From NCBI GenBank assembly GCA_010202845.1, contig CP047921.1, positions 30,001 to 62,000 on the forward strand: a stretch of 32,000 nucleotides of DNA. Direction: 5' to 3'. This document shows, piece after piece, positions 7,023 to 15,854 of the stretch (positions are counted from its first letter, which is position 1; each line of letters opens with the position of its first letter). Below the pieces are notes generated by a model. The model was not told where the DNA came from and searched no databases. It saw only the letters and a list, made by a program, of their open reading frames with translations. The position numbers and the translations under genes were made by a program. The stretch comes from Candidatus Saccharibacteria bacterium oral taxon 488 (GTDB taxonomy: Bacteria; Patescibacteriota; Saccharimonadia; Saccharimonadales; Saccharimonadaceae).

Positions 7023-8857
7023 GTTAAGTATCTCGCTCTCGGCGATTCCTTCTCCAGCGGCGAAGGCGACACTGATAAAAATCCAGCGACCGGTCAGAAG
7101 TATTATCGCCAGTGGACGGATGTGAATGAAGATAGGGCGAAGGGTGCGCCAAGGGAAAAGTGCCATGTCAGCACGCGTTCGTATCCGTACAAGCTGGCGA
7201 ACTGGATGGGGCTGGGTAGCGGCCCGTCGGCAGAATGGGCATCGGTTACGTGCAGCGGGGCGACGGTGTACGACATGAATTGGGATAGTTCGGGCGGCTA
7301 TGAAGGGCAGGGCAACCCGCTCGGACGGCTGCATGGTTATGACAATAAAGGAGTGTTGCAGAAGATGGCGCTCAACGAGATGATTCCAGGGCGCGTCAAG
7401 CAAATCGAGTTCGTAAAGAAATACCAATCAAAGGTGATCACGCTGACGGCGGGCGGGAATGATGTGGATTTTGGTGGGAAACTAGAAACCTGTGTGGGTT
7501 TATTTTCTCCGAATGACTGTATGTGGGCAAAGGTTAAGAATCGAAGTAGATTGAAGAATGACCTAAAGGGTCAGTTTGATAGGCTAAAATCCCTGTATGA
7601 GGAGTTAAAAGCTGCTACGAACAATAGGGCGAAGATCTACGTACTAGGCTATCCTCAATTTATAAATGGTGCTCCAGGTGCTCCGTGCGTGAGCACTTTT
7701 AATCTAAATCCTCGTGAACGAGAGATGATTACTAATTCAGTTATGTATTACAACAGTGTTATTCGCCAAGCGGCAAAGGCAGCTGGAGTCAAATATGTTG
7801 ACATTGAAAATGCCTTTGGCAACCATTGGCTATGTGGAGACAAAGATAATCATGTAACGGCAATAACAAATATATTTGGAGCAAATGGCAATGAGCGACA
7901 AGAAAGTTTTCATCCAAACAGTAGGGGTCACGCCGATATTGCCCGCGCCTTCAGAAACGAACTTGGTGGTACTAATCCGATAGACTACAAAATATGCAAA
8001 GACGGTAGAATAAGCTGCCCTGACACAAATGCGACCAAAGACAAAATACCAGATATTCCCTATTTCAAAATGACAGATGAACAGGAAGATGTCAAATTTA
8101 TTCATTACCAACTATCAACCGGACAAGCCGTTAAGAAACAGAGTGAGAATTTGATGTTTGCCCCTCTTAAAATCACGACCGGTATCAATTTATTCAAGCC
8201 AAATTCGAAAGTCGAAGCTAACCTTTATTCTGAACCAACGAACCTCGGCGATATTGACGTCAAAGATAATGGTTCTATTGAGAAATCTTTGAAGATTCCT
8301 GCCAACATCCCTGCTGGCCACCATACTATTGTTGTTTCTGGTGAATCGTCAGCGGGCGAAAAGATCGAATTATATCAAACAATTCTCATCAAAGGTCCAA
8401 ACCCAGATGATATTGATGAAAATGGTACGCCAGACAAACTCCAACCCTGCGGAGCTTTCGCTCAAGCCGCCAACAAAGACGAAGACCTTGACGGCATCGA
8501 CGATGCCTGCGACCCTGAAATCACCGACCCCATCCTCTATACTGCTCGCAATGGTAAACCAGAGCTTAACGAAGATAAAGAAGATGATAAAGATAATAAT
8601 ATTTCAAAAGGCATGCCTATAGTTTTGGTAAAAGACATAAACGAGAAGTGCTACGCTTTGGGACCTGAAGACTACTTGTCGCCTGTATTGAGGCCAGGAT
8701 CAAACGGTTACAAACCACGAGGATTAATAAAATTAAATAGACTACCGAAGGGGGTGAGTTGTGAGAAATAAATTTAGGTGCAATGATTTGGTAGCTACTT
8801 GGTTGCGGTGATAGGTTGATTAACTAGTGTAGCCGATTTATCATGAAGGGGTAGGTT

Positions 8858-9157
8858 ATGAAAGATGATGTAGCGACGACGGACAAGCCATACTTAAGCG
8901 ATACAGTAGTAGTTTTGCTGGTAGTCGCACCGATAGCTTTGTGCGTGCTGCTCTTTATTGTGGCGAGGTGGGATACGTGGTGGATTCGTGAATATCATGT
9001 CATCGAGATAGCGGCAATGGCGCTGCCGATGCTGTTATCGGCGGCGGGAGTGTGGATGGTGGTGTGGCTGCGGGGTGTATATAAACTCTGTGCGCTGAGC
9101 AGCCTCGCGGTAGCGGCGTTGTTCTGGCTGGCGTTCCTCTATAAGCTATCGCAGTGA
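8858..9157 (+). CDS. Hypothetical small integral membrane protein (about 3 TM segments)
   Basis: 99-aa ORF with hydrophobic stretches (VVVLLVVAPIALCVLLFIV, IEIAAMALPMLLSAAGVWMVVWL, LSSLAVAALFWLAFL). No recognisable family. Confidence 0.5.
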   Translation: MKDDVATTDKPYLSDTVVVLLVVAPIALCVLLFIVARWDTWWIREYHVIEIAAMALPMLLSAAGVWMVVWLRGVYKLCALSSLAVAALFWLAFLYKLSQ

Positions 9158-9679
9158 TTTTTTACGACTCTGGCGGTACTTGGTGCGGCGATTGATAGTC
9201 ATAAGAGATGTTCCGCAGATGAAAAGCGGTGGCATACAGAACAGGTATACGAATTCCCCGAGTCCATCAGCCAGAAAGCAGTTACCTGTAGAAAATCCGC
9301 TGCCGCAGTGCCCGGGAATACCCCACCCGCCGATTGTCACATCGAGAAGCAGTATCAGTATTGCGAGGTAAAACAGAATACCCGTTATGACGAGCGGCCA
9401 GCGATTGCGTAGATTCTGGTGGCGGGCGGCGGTGATTGACCGGTCCGTTATCCCTATCATCAGCAAAGTGATAAGCATGGCCACCATGAACCACATTGAG
9501 TCGTGCAGATAGTAATCATAATAATAGTCAGGCGGACCAAATTGGTCGGAGTTGAGCTTGTGTAGGTGGTCATTATGGGCAGTTGCAAGTACAAAAACGA
9601 GAATTGTCAGACCGTAAATAAGCCAGCGCACAATGCGGGTGGCAATTGATTTTTTTGATGTGGCATTTTCGGTCATCAA
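9146..9679 (-). CDS. Hypothetical integral membrane protein (about 4 TM segments), translationally coupled to murF
   Basis: 177-aa ORF. Its ATG overlaps the murF stop (ATGA overlap at 9676-9679). It has several long hydrophobic segments. Confidence 0.55.
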   Translation of the reverse strand: MMTENATSKKSIATRIVRWLIYGLTILVFVLATAHNDHLHKLNSDQFGPPDYYYDYYLHDSMWFMVAMLITLLMIGITDRSITAARHQNLRNRWPLVITGILFYLAILILLLDVTIGGWGIPGHCGSGFSTGNCFLADGLGEFVYLFCMPPLFICGTSLMTINRRTKYRQSRKKSLR

Positions 9680-10962
9680 TGGTTGCTTTCAAAAAACTTC
9701 CGTTTCTTTTCGAGCCACGCGTCTGATTGGCGGACGAGTTTTTGGCTATCCGCGGGGTTTTTGAGAAGCGGCTTGATAGCCTCCTCGAGGTAGATGCCGC
9801 CCTGAGAGCCCTTGAATAGGAGGGTGGTATCACTATTGGCCAAGCGGGTGAGGAGTTCAGTAGTGTCAGTGGCCTTAGTAAACGAGGTGACGGTGCAGCT
9901 ATTTTGCCGAGCAACTGGAGCGAGAAATTGCTCGGCCAGGCGGCCGACGGTGATGACGTGATTGAGCTGCTTTGGGTCGCATAGCGCGCCAACGGCGGCG
10001 TGTTCGGCAGCCGTGGTCTGGCCCAGCTCGTTCATGTCGCCAAGGACGGCGATTTTGGTTTTGGCGGGCAGCTGGTAAAGTGTCGTCAGGGCAGACTTTA
10101 CGGCGAGGGGACTGGCATTATACGAGTCATCGATGATGGTTGCATTGTTGATGCCAGGCAGGATATTCATGCGGCCGCTGACTGGCGTGAAATTCTCGAG
10201 CATGGTCATCACACATTCGATGTCAAGCCCCAGCTCTAAAGCCACCGCCGCCGCGCCGCCGGCAACGCGGAGTTGATGCGTGCCGACAACAGGGATGATG
10301 AATGGACGCGAGGTCTGGTCGGCGTGGATGAGCTGGCACTGAAAGCCCTTGCCGCTGGTAAATTTACCGATAGCCATCTGGTAGTCGGCGCCCGGCTCGG
10401 TGCCGTAGGAAATGATTTGGCCGCAATCGGCGAAGTCCACGAGCTCGGGGCGAATGTCATCGCGGTTGTAGATCACTTTTTCGCTATATTCAGCGAGGGC
10501 AAATTCCTCGCGGGCGACGGTTTCTAGTGAGCCAAAAAACTCCATGTGTTCGGGTGCGATGGCGGTGACGATAGTGATGTCGGGGCGAATATAGCGGCCA
10601 AATGCAGCCATTTCACCGGGGTGATCAATGCCAAATTCTTGGACGATAACGTCGAGGTCGTGCTGGTGGCGGGCAGCGCGGCGGGCTCGGCCCAAGACCG
10701 ATAACCAATTCCATACCGAGCGGGGGTTCTGTGGTGAATCGACACCGAGAATTTCCAGCGGCGCGCTAAACTCGGCATTGAAGTTGCCGCGGTTGGTGCG
10801 GACTTTGTAGCTGGAGTTCAGGACGTTGACGAGAGTTGATTTGGTAGTAGTTTTGCCGACACTGCCGACGACGGCAACGAGCTTGATGTGCGGATTATGC
10901 AGGAAGAATGTAGTGACAGAGCGGGCGAGAATGCGCGAGATGAGGGTTTTGAAGAGTCTCAT
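9676..10962 (-). CDS. murF: UDP-MurNAc-tripeptide : D-Ala-D-Ala ligase (MurF), short N-terminus
   Basis: 428 aa. It has the P-loop GSVGKTTTK at residues ~33-41, RGNFNAEFSAPLEILG, DDSYNASP and LGDMNELG, all MurF-type motifs. Confidence 0.85.
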   Translation of the reverse strand: MRLFKTLISRILARSVTTFFLHNPHIKLVAVVGSVGKTTTKSTLVNVLNSSYKVRTNRGNFNAEFSAPLEILGVDSPQNPRSVWNWLSVLGRARRAARHQHDLDVIVQEFGIDHPGEMAAFGRYIRPDITIVTAIAPEHMEFFGSLETVAREEFALAEYSEKVIYNRDDIRPELVDFADCGQIISYGTEPGADYQMAIGKFTSGKGFQCQLIHADQTSRPFIIPVVGTHQLRVAGGAAAVALELGLDIECVMTMLENFTPVSGRMNILPGINNATIIDDSYNASPLAVKSALTTLYQLPAKTKIAVLGDMNELGQTTAAEHAAVGALCDPKQLNHVITVGRLAEQFLAPVARQNSCTVTSFTKATDTTELLTRLANSDTTLLFKGSQGGIYLEEAIKPLLKNPADSQKLVRQSDAWLEKKRKFFESNH

Positions 10963-10968
10963 GGATAT

Positions 10969-10998
10969 AGTATAGCACTTTTCAGTGGGTATAGTGAA
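10969..10998 (-). promoter_or_regulatory. Putative murF promoter (-35 TTCACT, 18-nt spacer, extended -10 TGcTATACT) ending 6 nt before the ATG
   Basis: The reverse complement reads TTCACT-N18-TATACTatatccATG. No SD is present. Confidence 0.4.
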
Positions 10999-11006
10999 TC
11001 AGGGAC

Positions 11007-11035
11007 TTGATTTTTTATCAAGTTTATGCTAATAT
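11007..11035 (+). promoter_or_regulatory. Putative promoter of the PRTase-fold gene (-35 TTGATT, 17-nt spacer, -10 TAATAT) ending 7 nt before ATG 11043
   Basis: Hexamers lie at 11007-11012 and 11030-11035. The TTG used as a start in the ORF track is the first base triplet of the -35 hexamer. Confidence 0.45.
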
Positions 11036-11042
11036 TCACCGT

Positions 11043-12179
11043 ATGGGTAGTAAAGAAAAATTAACAAGTCACACTGATTCTATTACAACCGGCCTAGAAG
11101 ATAATGAAGCGGTCTTAAGCTATCTCGATGGGGGGGTACTTGAACAGCAAGGAACTTGGGATGCTCCTATTGGTAGCGAACTCAATGGTCGGTGGAGCAG
11201 AGAGTGGATATTGTCAGCCTACCTTGATCTTACAGATGCAATGATTCAGCGTTTTGGAGGCTATAAAGGCGAGCAGCCAGACTTTGTGCCAGATGAGGTG
11301 TTGTTTTTAGATAAGTCTGCTAGACCTGTTGCGTGGCTTGTCGATTCATTATGGGAAGTAATGGCCGATAAGGAGACAAAAAAGCCTCATTTTGATTTTA
11401 TTCATATTGATCGTAAAGAGTGGTGGGCACGTGTCGGTCGTCCGCTAGTTCGTGAAGAAAATCGTGACCCACTTGAGTTTAATGTCAATGAAATTTCTGA
11501 CGAAACCATTAGTGCCATTCGTGCCAAGTTTGTAGTTGGTGATCTGACGCCTGATAACTATAAGACCGAGGTATGGAAATTACCCACTACACTTGATGGT
11601 AAAAAAGTGTTAATCGTAGATGAGATTAAAAGTAGCGGTGCAACAGCTTATATGACTCAGCAGTTACTGTCTCGCGCAGTCCCAGATGCTGAGTTTACAA
11701 ATGAATATTTTTGGTCTGTGCCATACAGTGAGGGAAAATCTATAGAGATTGATAACAAAGATGGCACAAGATCGGTGCAGCGTCAGATGTATAATACACC
11801 GGTGTGGTACGATAAAACCTCACCGGCCGGAAGGGAGGTTTCGGACCCTTCTTTGGGAGTAATGGACAGGCTGTATCATGAAAATCCTACGCAAGAAAAC
11901 CTGAGAAGGCGAATAGCATGGTTCGTTGAAAGTGTAACACCAGAAGATGTCGGCGCTGATGTCGATGAGAGGACGAAGCGGCTGAAGAGGGATATAGCCA
12001 CGCTAAGCTATTTGAGCATCAATGATTTTATGATGACGCGCAGTGATACGAGAGCGAAGAGAAAAGCAGAATATCTAAAGAGCAAACAGGGGGCATCCTC
12101 CGGAAATAAGAACAGTAATCTGCTACTGCGTAAGCATAATAAGGGTATTAGAAAGGCTCAGAAAATAAGAACCGTTTAA
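11043..12179 (+). CDS. Phosphoribosyltransferase (type I PRTase)-fold protein of unknown specificity, with N- and C-terminal extensions
   Basis: PRPP-binding loop KVLIVDEIKSSGATAYM. The upstream VLFLDKSARPVAWLV ... FDFIHID resembles the purine PRTase core order. It has a basic C-terminal tail. The first ATG (MGSKEKL) is preferred over the track's TTG at 11007. AT-rich codon usage. Confidence 0.6.
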   Translation: MGSKEKLTSHTDSITTGLEDNEAVLSYLDGGVLEQQGTWDAPIGSELNGRWSREWILSAYLDLTDAMIQRFGGYKGEQPDFVPDEVLFLDKSARPVAWLVDSLWEVMADKETKKPHFDFIHIDRKEWWARVGRPLVREENRDPLEFNVNEISDETISAIRAKFVVGDLTPDNYKTEVWKLPTTLDGKKVLIVDEIKSSGATAYMTQQLLSRAVPDAEFTNEYFWSVPYSEGKSIEIDNKDGTRSVQRQMYNTPVWYDKTSPAGREVSDPSLGVMDRLYHENPTQENLRRRIAWFVESVTPEDVGADVDERTKRLKRDIATLSYLSINDFMMTRSDTRAKRKAEYLKSKQGASSGNKNSNLLLRKHNKGIRKAQKIRTV

Positions 12180-12487
12180 GCCTGTAGTTGTCTTAATTCT
12201 CCTACTATATCGTTGTGTGTGTCATCATATATTGTTAGAGAGAAGGGTGCTAACTTAATTTCATGACCAGAGTCACTGCTGTCATCTTCTGGAAATATTG
12301 CGACTCCCTCATAGTGTATGGTTTGCTCAAGTCGCATTGAACTAGTAACTTCGAGGGCTACATCGCCTAGTCGAGTTTTAACACGGGTAGGCAAGTCATG
12401 TTCGTTGTGCTCTATCACGCGGAGCACCTCCTGTACGTACCTAGAAGCTTTTCTACCGTCTGGAGTTGTTGTTTTTTCTAAACACAT
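12176..12487 (-). CDS. Hypothetical protein (103 aa), no recognisable family
   Basis: ORF with a consensus-like promoter immediately upstream. Its stop codon overlaps the stop of the convergent PRTase-fold gene (TTTAA at 12175-12179). Confidence 0.45.
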   Translation of the reverse strand: MCLEKTTTPDGRKASRYVQEVLRVIEHNEHDLPTRVKTRLGDVALEVTSSMRLEQTIHYEGVAIFPEDDSSDSGHEIKLAPFSLTIYDDTHNDIVGELRQLQA

Positions 12488-12494
12488 CTTGTGA

Positions 12495-12523
12495 ATTCTA
12501 ACATAATATATCTATAAAGTCAA
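12495..12523 (-). promoter_or_regulatory. Putative promoter (-35 TTGACT, 17-nt spacer, -10 TAGAAT) ending 7 nt before ATG 12487
   Basis: The reverse complement reads TTGACTttatagatatattatgtTAGAATtcacaagATG. Confidence 0.5.
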
Positions 12524-12589
12524 CAGCATGCCCTTACATATCTTATAAGATCAAGTCTTGTCGACATTGGGGTTAAATAGATAAGACTT

Positions 12590-13015
12590 TTATCGTTTCC
12601 GAGCGGTAGCACTTGCCTGGTTTTGGGCATTGATGACGACATCTGCAAGTGATTTGAGCTGATTAAGATGTAACCATAAGAGGTTTGGTGGAAATGAATA
12701 TTCTACCATTCCGTCTGGATTCCGTATCAATACAGGTCTTATGTCATGCGGAGTTCTTTCTTCTAGGTCTGCGAGAAACGTTATAGTATCGGGGTTGCCA
12801 CTGTCTATTTTGTCCTTAAAATATTCCAATACAGCCCAATAAGGAGCAACTAATTCATCTGCATCTTTTCTGCCACATTCAGATAATACTTGATAACGTT
12901 GTTGAGTTGCTTCTATTGCGCACATGAGCCAGCCCGCGGCAAGTTGGTGTTGTCTTTTTGTTACCTCTGGTGTTTCATATATTTGGTGTGCTTCAGTTGT
13001 AGCAACATACTTCAT
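12590..13015 (-). CDS. Hypothetical protein (141 aa from MKYVATTEA...), no recognisable family
   Basis: The track ORF is 12590-13051. The start is moved to ATG 13015 because a consensus promoter occupies 13023-13051. Confidence 0.5.
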   Translation of the reverse strand: MKYVATTEAHQIYETPEVTKRQHQLAAGWLMCAIEATQQRYQVLSECGRKDADELVAPYWAVLEYFKDKIDSGNPDTITFLADLEERTPHDIRPVLIRNPDGMVEYSFPPNLLWLHLNQLKSLADVVINAQNQASATARKR

Positions 13016-13022
13016 GAGTTTT

Positions 13023-13051
13023 ATCATATCAATTTTTATATAAAATGTCAA
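13023..13051 (-). promoter_or_regulatory. Putative promoter (-35 TTGACA, 17-nt spacer, -10 TATGAT) ending 7 nt before ATG 13015
   Basis: The reverse complement reads TTGACAttttatataaaaattgaTATGATaaaactcATG. Confidence 0.5.
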
Positions 13052-13191
13052 ATATTCTTGTAGGTGTTTAAATTCTTTGTAATCAAAGCCAATCCCGATA
13101 CGCTGTATTAGGGCGGCATCGTGATATTAGCCACTGTGACGAAGGAGCAATATAGAGCCTTTGGATTTTATGGGGGTGCTGGTTCTATCTT

Positions 13192-13218
13192 CTAGCACTC
13201 GCCCTTGACGAGTGCTAA
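13192..13218. promoter_or_regulatory. CIRCE operator (HrcA binding site) upstream of groES
   Basis: CTAGCACTC-gcccttgac-GAGTGCTAA compared with the consensus TTAGCACTC-N9-GAGTGCTAA: 17 of 18 arm positions match and the 9-nt spacer is exact. Confidence 0.8.
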
Positions 13219-13234
13219 TTTAGTGCGGTACAAT
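13205..13234 (+). promoter_or_regulatory. Putative groESL promoter (-35 TTGACG, 18-nt spacer, -10 TACAAT) overlapping CIRCE
   Basis: Hexamers lie at 13205-13210 and 13229-13234. This is the classical arrangement of CIRCE over or just downstream of a sigma70-type promoter. Confidence 0.55.
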
Positions 13235-13264
13235 GGGTGTATTGTTAACGAAATGGAGGATGAT

Positions 13265-13531
13265 ATGGATACACCTATCAAGCCTCTCGGCGACCGCGTG
13301 GTAGCGGTGCGCGAGGAGGCGAAGACGCAGACGGCCAGCGGATTATATTTGCCGGATAGTTCAAAAGAAAAGCCGGTGGTGGCTGAGGTTAAAGCAGTTG
13401 GCGGCGACGTCAAGAATGTAAAAGTGGGCGACAAAATTGTTTACAAGGAATATTCGACCACGGATTTGAAAATAGACGGCACGGAATATTTGATCGTCCG
13501 CGAGGAAGATATTTTAGCAACGGTTGTTTGA
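13265..13531 (+). CDS. groES: Co-chaperonin GroES
   Basis: MDTPIKPLGDRVVV...ASGLYLP...GDKIVY...YLIVREEDILA is typical Cpn10. The SD GGAGGA lies at 13255-13260. The track ORF starts earlier (13205), inside the promoter. Confidence 0.9.
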   Translation: MDTPIKPLGDRVVAVREEAKTQTASGLYLPDSSKEKPVVAEVKAVGGDVKNVKVGDKIVYKEYSTTDLKIDGTEYLIVREEDILATVV

Positions 13532-13550
13532 GAAAAGAGGAGTTTTTAGT

Positions 13551-15194
13551 ATGGCAAAAAAAGTTTTTTACGATGACGATGCGCGCGCTCGCGTGTTGGG
13601 CGGTGCCGAGGCGCTGTATAACGCAGTTAAGGTAACCTACGGACCAAAGGGCCGCAATGTGGTGATCGCCAAGGGGTTTGGCGGACCGACGGTGACGCAC
13701 GACGGTGTGACGGTGGCGGAAGGCATTGAGCTAGCGGAGAACGACGATGAGACGCTGGGTTATAAGGTCGGCGCTGATTTAATCAAGCAGGCAGCCAAGA
13801 ACTTGAACAAGCAAGCTGGTGACGGTACTACGACCGTGACGGTGCTGACTTATTCGATTTTGAAGGAAGCTAACCGGCTAATCGCAGCGGGCCATAACCC
13901 AATGGAGCTGCGCAAGGGTATCGAGCAGGCCGGCGCGGAAATCGTCAAAGAGCTAAATAAATTAGCGGAGCCAATTGAGGGCAAGTCTGAGCGCGTGGCG
14001 GAAGTAGCGACCATTTCGGCGGGCGACGCGGAAATTGGTAAATTGATCGCTGGTGTTATCGAGAAAGTTGGCAAAGACGGCGTAGTGACAGTTGAAGCTG
14101 GACAAGGCTTGGAGTTGGAGGCTGAGGTCGTTGAAGGCTTTAGTCTAGACAAGGGCTGGGTCAGCCCGTTCTTCGTCACCGACACTGGTCGGCAAGAGGC
14201 GGTTTACGAAAAGCCGGTGATTTTGATTACCGATAAGAAAATTTCTAGCGTGCAAGAGTTCCTGCCAATGTTGGAGAAATTGGCACAAAGCGGCAAGAAG
14301 GACGTGGTGCTGATCGCTGATGAGGTTGAAGGCGAGGCGCTGAGCATTTTGGTACTGAACAAGCTCAAGGGTGTATTTAATACCGTGGCGGTCAAGGCAC
14401 CAAGCTTTGGCGACCGCCGCAAGGAGATTTTGCGCGACATCGCGGTGCTGACCGGCGCAACGGTGATTTCTGAAGATCATGGGTTGACGTTTGAGAATGC
14501 TGGCCTGGAAGTGTTGGGTTCAGCGCGCAAGGTGATTGTCGGTAAAGACGAAACCACTATCATTGAGGGCGCGGGCAAGCCATCTGGTGTTAAGGAGCGA
14601 ATTGCTGAGATTAAATCGCTATCCGACAACGCCTCCAGCGAATACGAAAAAGAACAGTTCGACAAGCGAGCAGCTGCTCTGAGCGGCAAGGTGGCAGTCA
14701 TCAAAGTCGGCGGCGCGACCGAGACCGAAATTGACGAAAAGAAGTTCCGTGTGGACGACGCCGTGGCAGCCACCAAGGCAGCCTTGGCCGAGGGAATCGT
14801 CGCTGGTGGTGGTGTGACGCTGGTAAACTTGGCTAGTGGCCTGAAAGTGAGCGGTGCAGACAGCATCGCGGCTGGTCGGCAGATTCTGAAAGACGCCCTG
14901 AAGCAGCCGTTCCTGCAGATTATGCGTAACGCTGGCTTGAACGCCGACGCGCTCCTAGCGCAAGTCGAGGCGGGCAAGGCTGGATGTGGTGTTAACGTGA
15001 TGGATCCGGAAGCAGGCCTGGTGGATGTCAAAAAAGCTGGTGTCATCGATCCGGCGCGCGTCACCAAGGAAGCAGTGCAGAACGCAGTATCCATCGCCTC
15101 AACCGCAGCGACCATGGGTGCACTGGTCGTCGACATTCCAGAGCCAGAAGCTCCAGCTGCACCTGGCGGCATGCCGGGTATGGGGATGATGTAA
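13551..15194 (+). CDS. groEL: Chaperonin GroEL
   Basis: MAKKVFYDDDAR...GPKGRNVV...AGDGTTT... with a C-terminal GGMPGMGMM tail. The SD AAGAGGAG lies at 13535-13542. The first ATG after the SD was chosen rather than the track start 13524. Confidence 0.95.
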   Translation: MAKKVFYDDDARARVLGGAEALYNAVKVTYGPKGRNVVIAKGFGGPTVTHDGVTVAEGIELAENDDETLGYKVGADLIKQAAKNLNKQAGDGTTTVTVLTYSILKEANRLIAAGHNPMELRKGIEQAGAEIVKELNKLAEPIEGKSERVAEVATISAGDAEIGKLIAGVIEKVGKDGVVTVEAGQGLELEAEVVEGFSLDKGWVSPFFVTDTGRQEAVYEKPVILITDKKISSVQEFLPMLEKLAQSGKKDVVLIADEVEGEALSILVLNKLKGVFNTVAVKAPSFGDRRKEILRDIAVLTGATVISEDHGLTFENAGLEVLGSARKVIVGKDETTIIEGAGKPSGVKERIAEIKSLSDNASSEYEKEQFDKRAAALSGKVAVIKVGGATETEIDEKKFRVDDAVAATKAALAEGIVAGGGVTLVNLASGLKVSGADSIAAGRQILKDALKQPFLQIMRNAGLNADALLAQVEAGKAGCGVNVMDPEAGLVDVKKAGVIDPARVTKEAVQNAVSIASTAATMGALVVDIPEPEAPAAPGGMPGMGMM

Positions 15195-15213
15195 GACCCT
15201 TGCCTCTACCAGC

Positions 15214-15242
15214 AAAATGTCCCGTATGAAGCGGGACATTTT
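15214..15242. terminator. Bidirectional intrinsic terminator hairpin between groEL and the convergent gene
   Basis: An 11-bp perfect stem aaaatgtcccg / cgggacatttt with a 7-nt loop. A/T runs flank both sides. Confidence 0.6.
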
Positions 15243-15306
15243 ACATTGCTCATGTGGGTATTGAATGACTTTGAGCCTGTGCTAGATTGTTCTCGCGGCT
15301 GCAGTC

Positions 15307-15777
15307 TCAGCTCTGCGACAAGAAATCAATTTCCTTGATAATATCAAGCAGCGCCTGCGCTTTGCGGGTTTCGTCAGGGATGGCGACGGCAGCTTCGTGT
15401 GCCGGGGCGATCAGCGAGGTGTCGTCAGTCGAGCGCAGCAATAGGAGGTAGGTGTCGAACTTTTCCTCGGGCGAGACGTTGAGCTTGCCAACCAGTGGCC
15501 GAAGCTCGCTGAGGGCATTTTGCTTGATATCATCAAGCGACATATCGGTCGGCGTGGCATATGACCGACTAGTGCTGTCGGTGGTTGGCCGTGGTGCTGA
15601 TGCGGCTGGCCCGGGTGCGGCGCTGGTTTGTGGCTTGGTCGGGCGGCTGGTCGTGTCAGCATCCTGAGCGCCGGTTTCTTCAAATCGTAGATTGTCATCA
15701 CTGCCACCAGAGACGCCCGCCAGCACGCTAGCTAGATCTTGATCGCTGTTGACTTGTCCGCTGTCTTGAATTGTCAT
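15307..15777 (-). CDS. Hypothetical protein (156 aa) with a disordered Pro/Ser/Thr/Ala-rich N-terminal half
   Basis: ORF preceded by the SD AAGAGGTGG. No recognisable motifs. Confidence 0.5.
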   Translation of the reverse strand: MTIQDSGQVNSDQDLASVLAGVSGGSDDNLRFEETGAQDADTTSRPTKPQTSAAPGPAASAPRPTTDSTSRSYATPTDMSLDDIKQNALSELRPLVGKLNVSPEEKFDTYLLLLRSTDDTSLIAPAHEAAVAIPDETRKAQALLDIIKEIDFLSQS

Positions 15778-15854
15778 ACCCCACCTCTTTTCACATTACG
15801 ATTATGCTTGCTTTCTATGCTATACTGTAACACAGGAAAAGGAGGAATTTCAAG

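Larger units (their letters stand above)
5739..8771 (+). pseudogene. Secreted multidomain SGNH/GDSL hydrolase (lipase/esterase-like) interrupted by one in-frame TAA at 6033-6035
   Basis: The ATG at 5739 follows a good SD and opens a signal peptide (MWKRIISVIGATLAACIAVPAIAGA). Track ORFs 5664-6035 and 6216-8771 share one frame, and 6036-6215 contains no stop. SGNH blocks are LALGDSFSSGEG, LTAGGNDV and FHPNSRGH. The C-terminus has Asp-rich Ca-binding-like repeats (DEDLDGIDDACDP). The downstream fragment has no SD and no signal peptide of its own. Confidence 0.65.

Noticed and set aside
13850-15172. Long antisense ORFs inside groEL (13850-14185, 14145-14480, 14204-14440 and 14477-15172, up to 231 aa).
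   Set aside because: They lie entirely opposite a highly conserved GroEL frame. Their products are low-complexity Ala/Ser/Pro/Thr strings, typical of shadow ORFs in GC-rich coding DNA, and they have no start signals.
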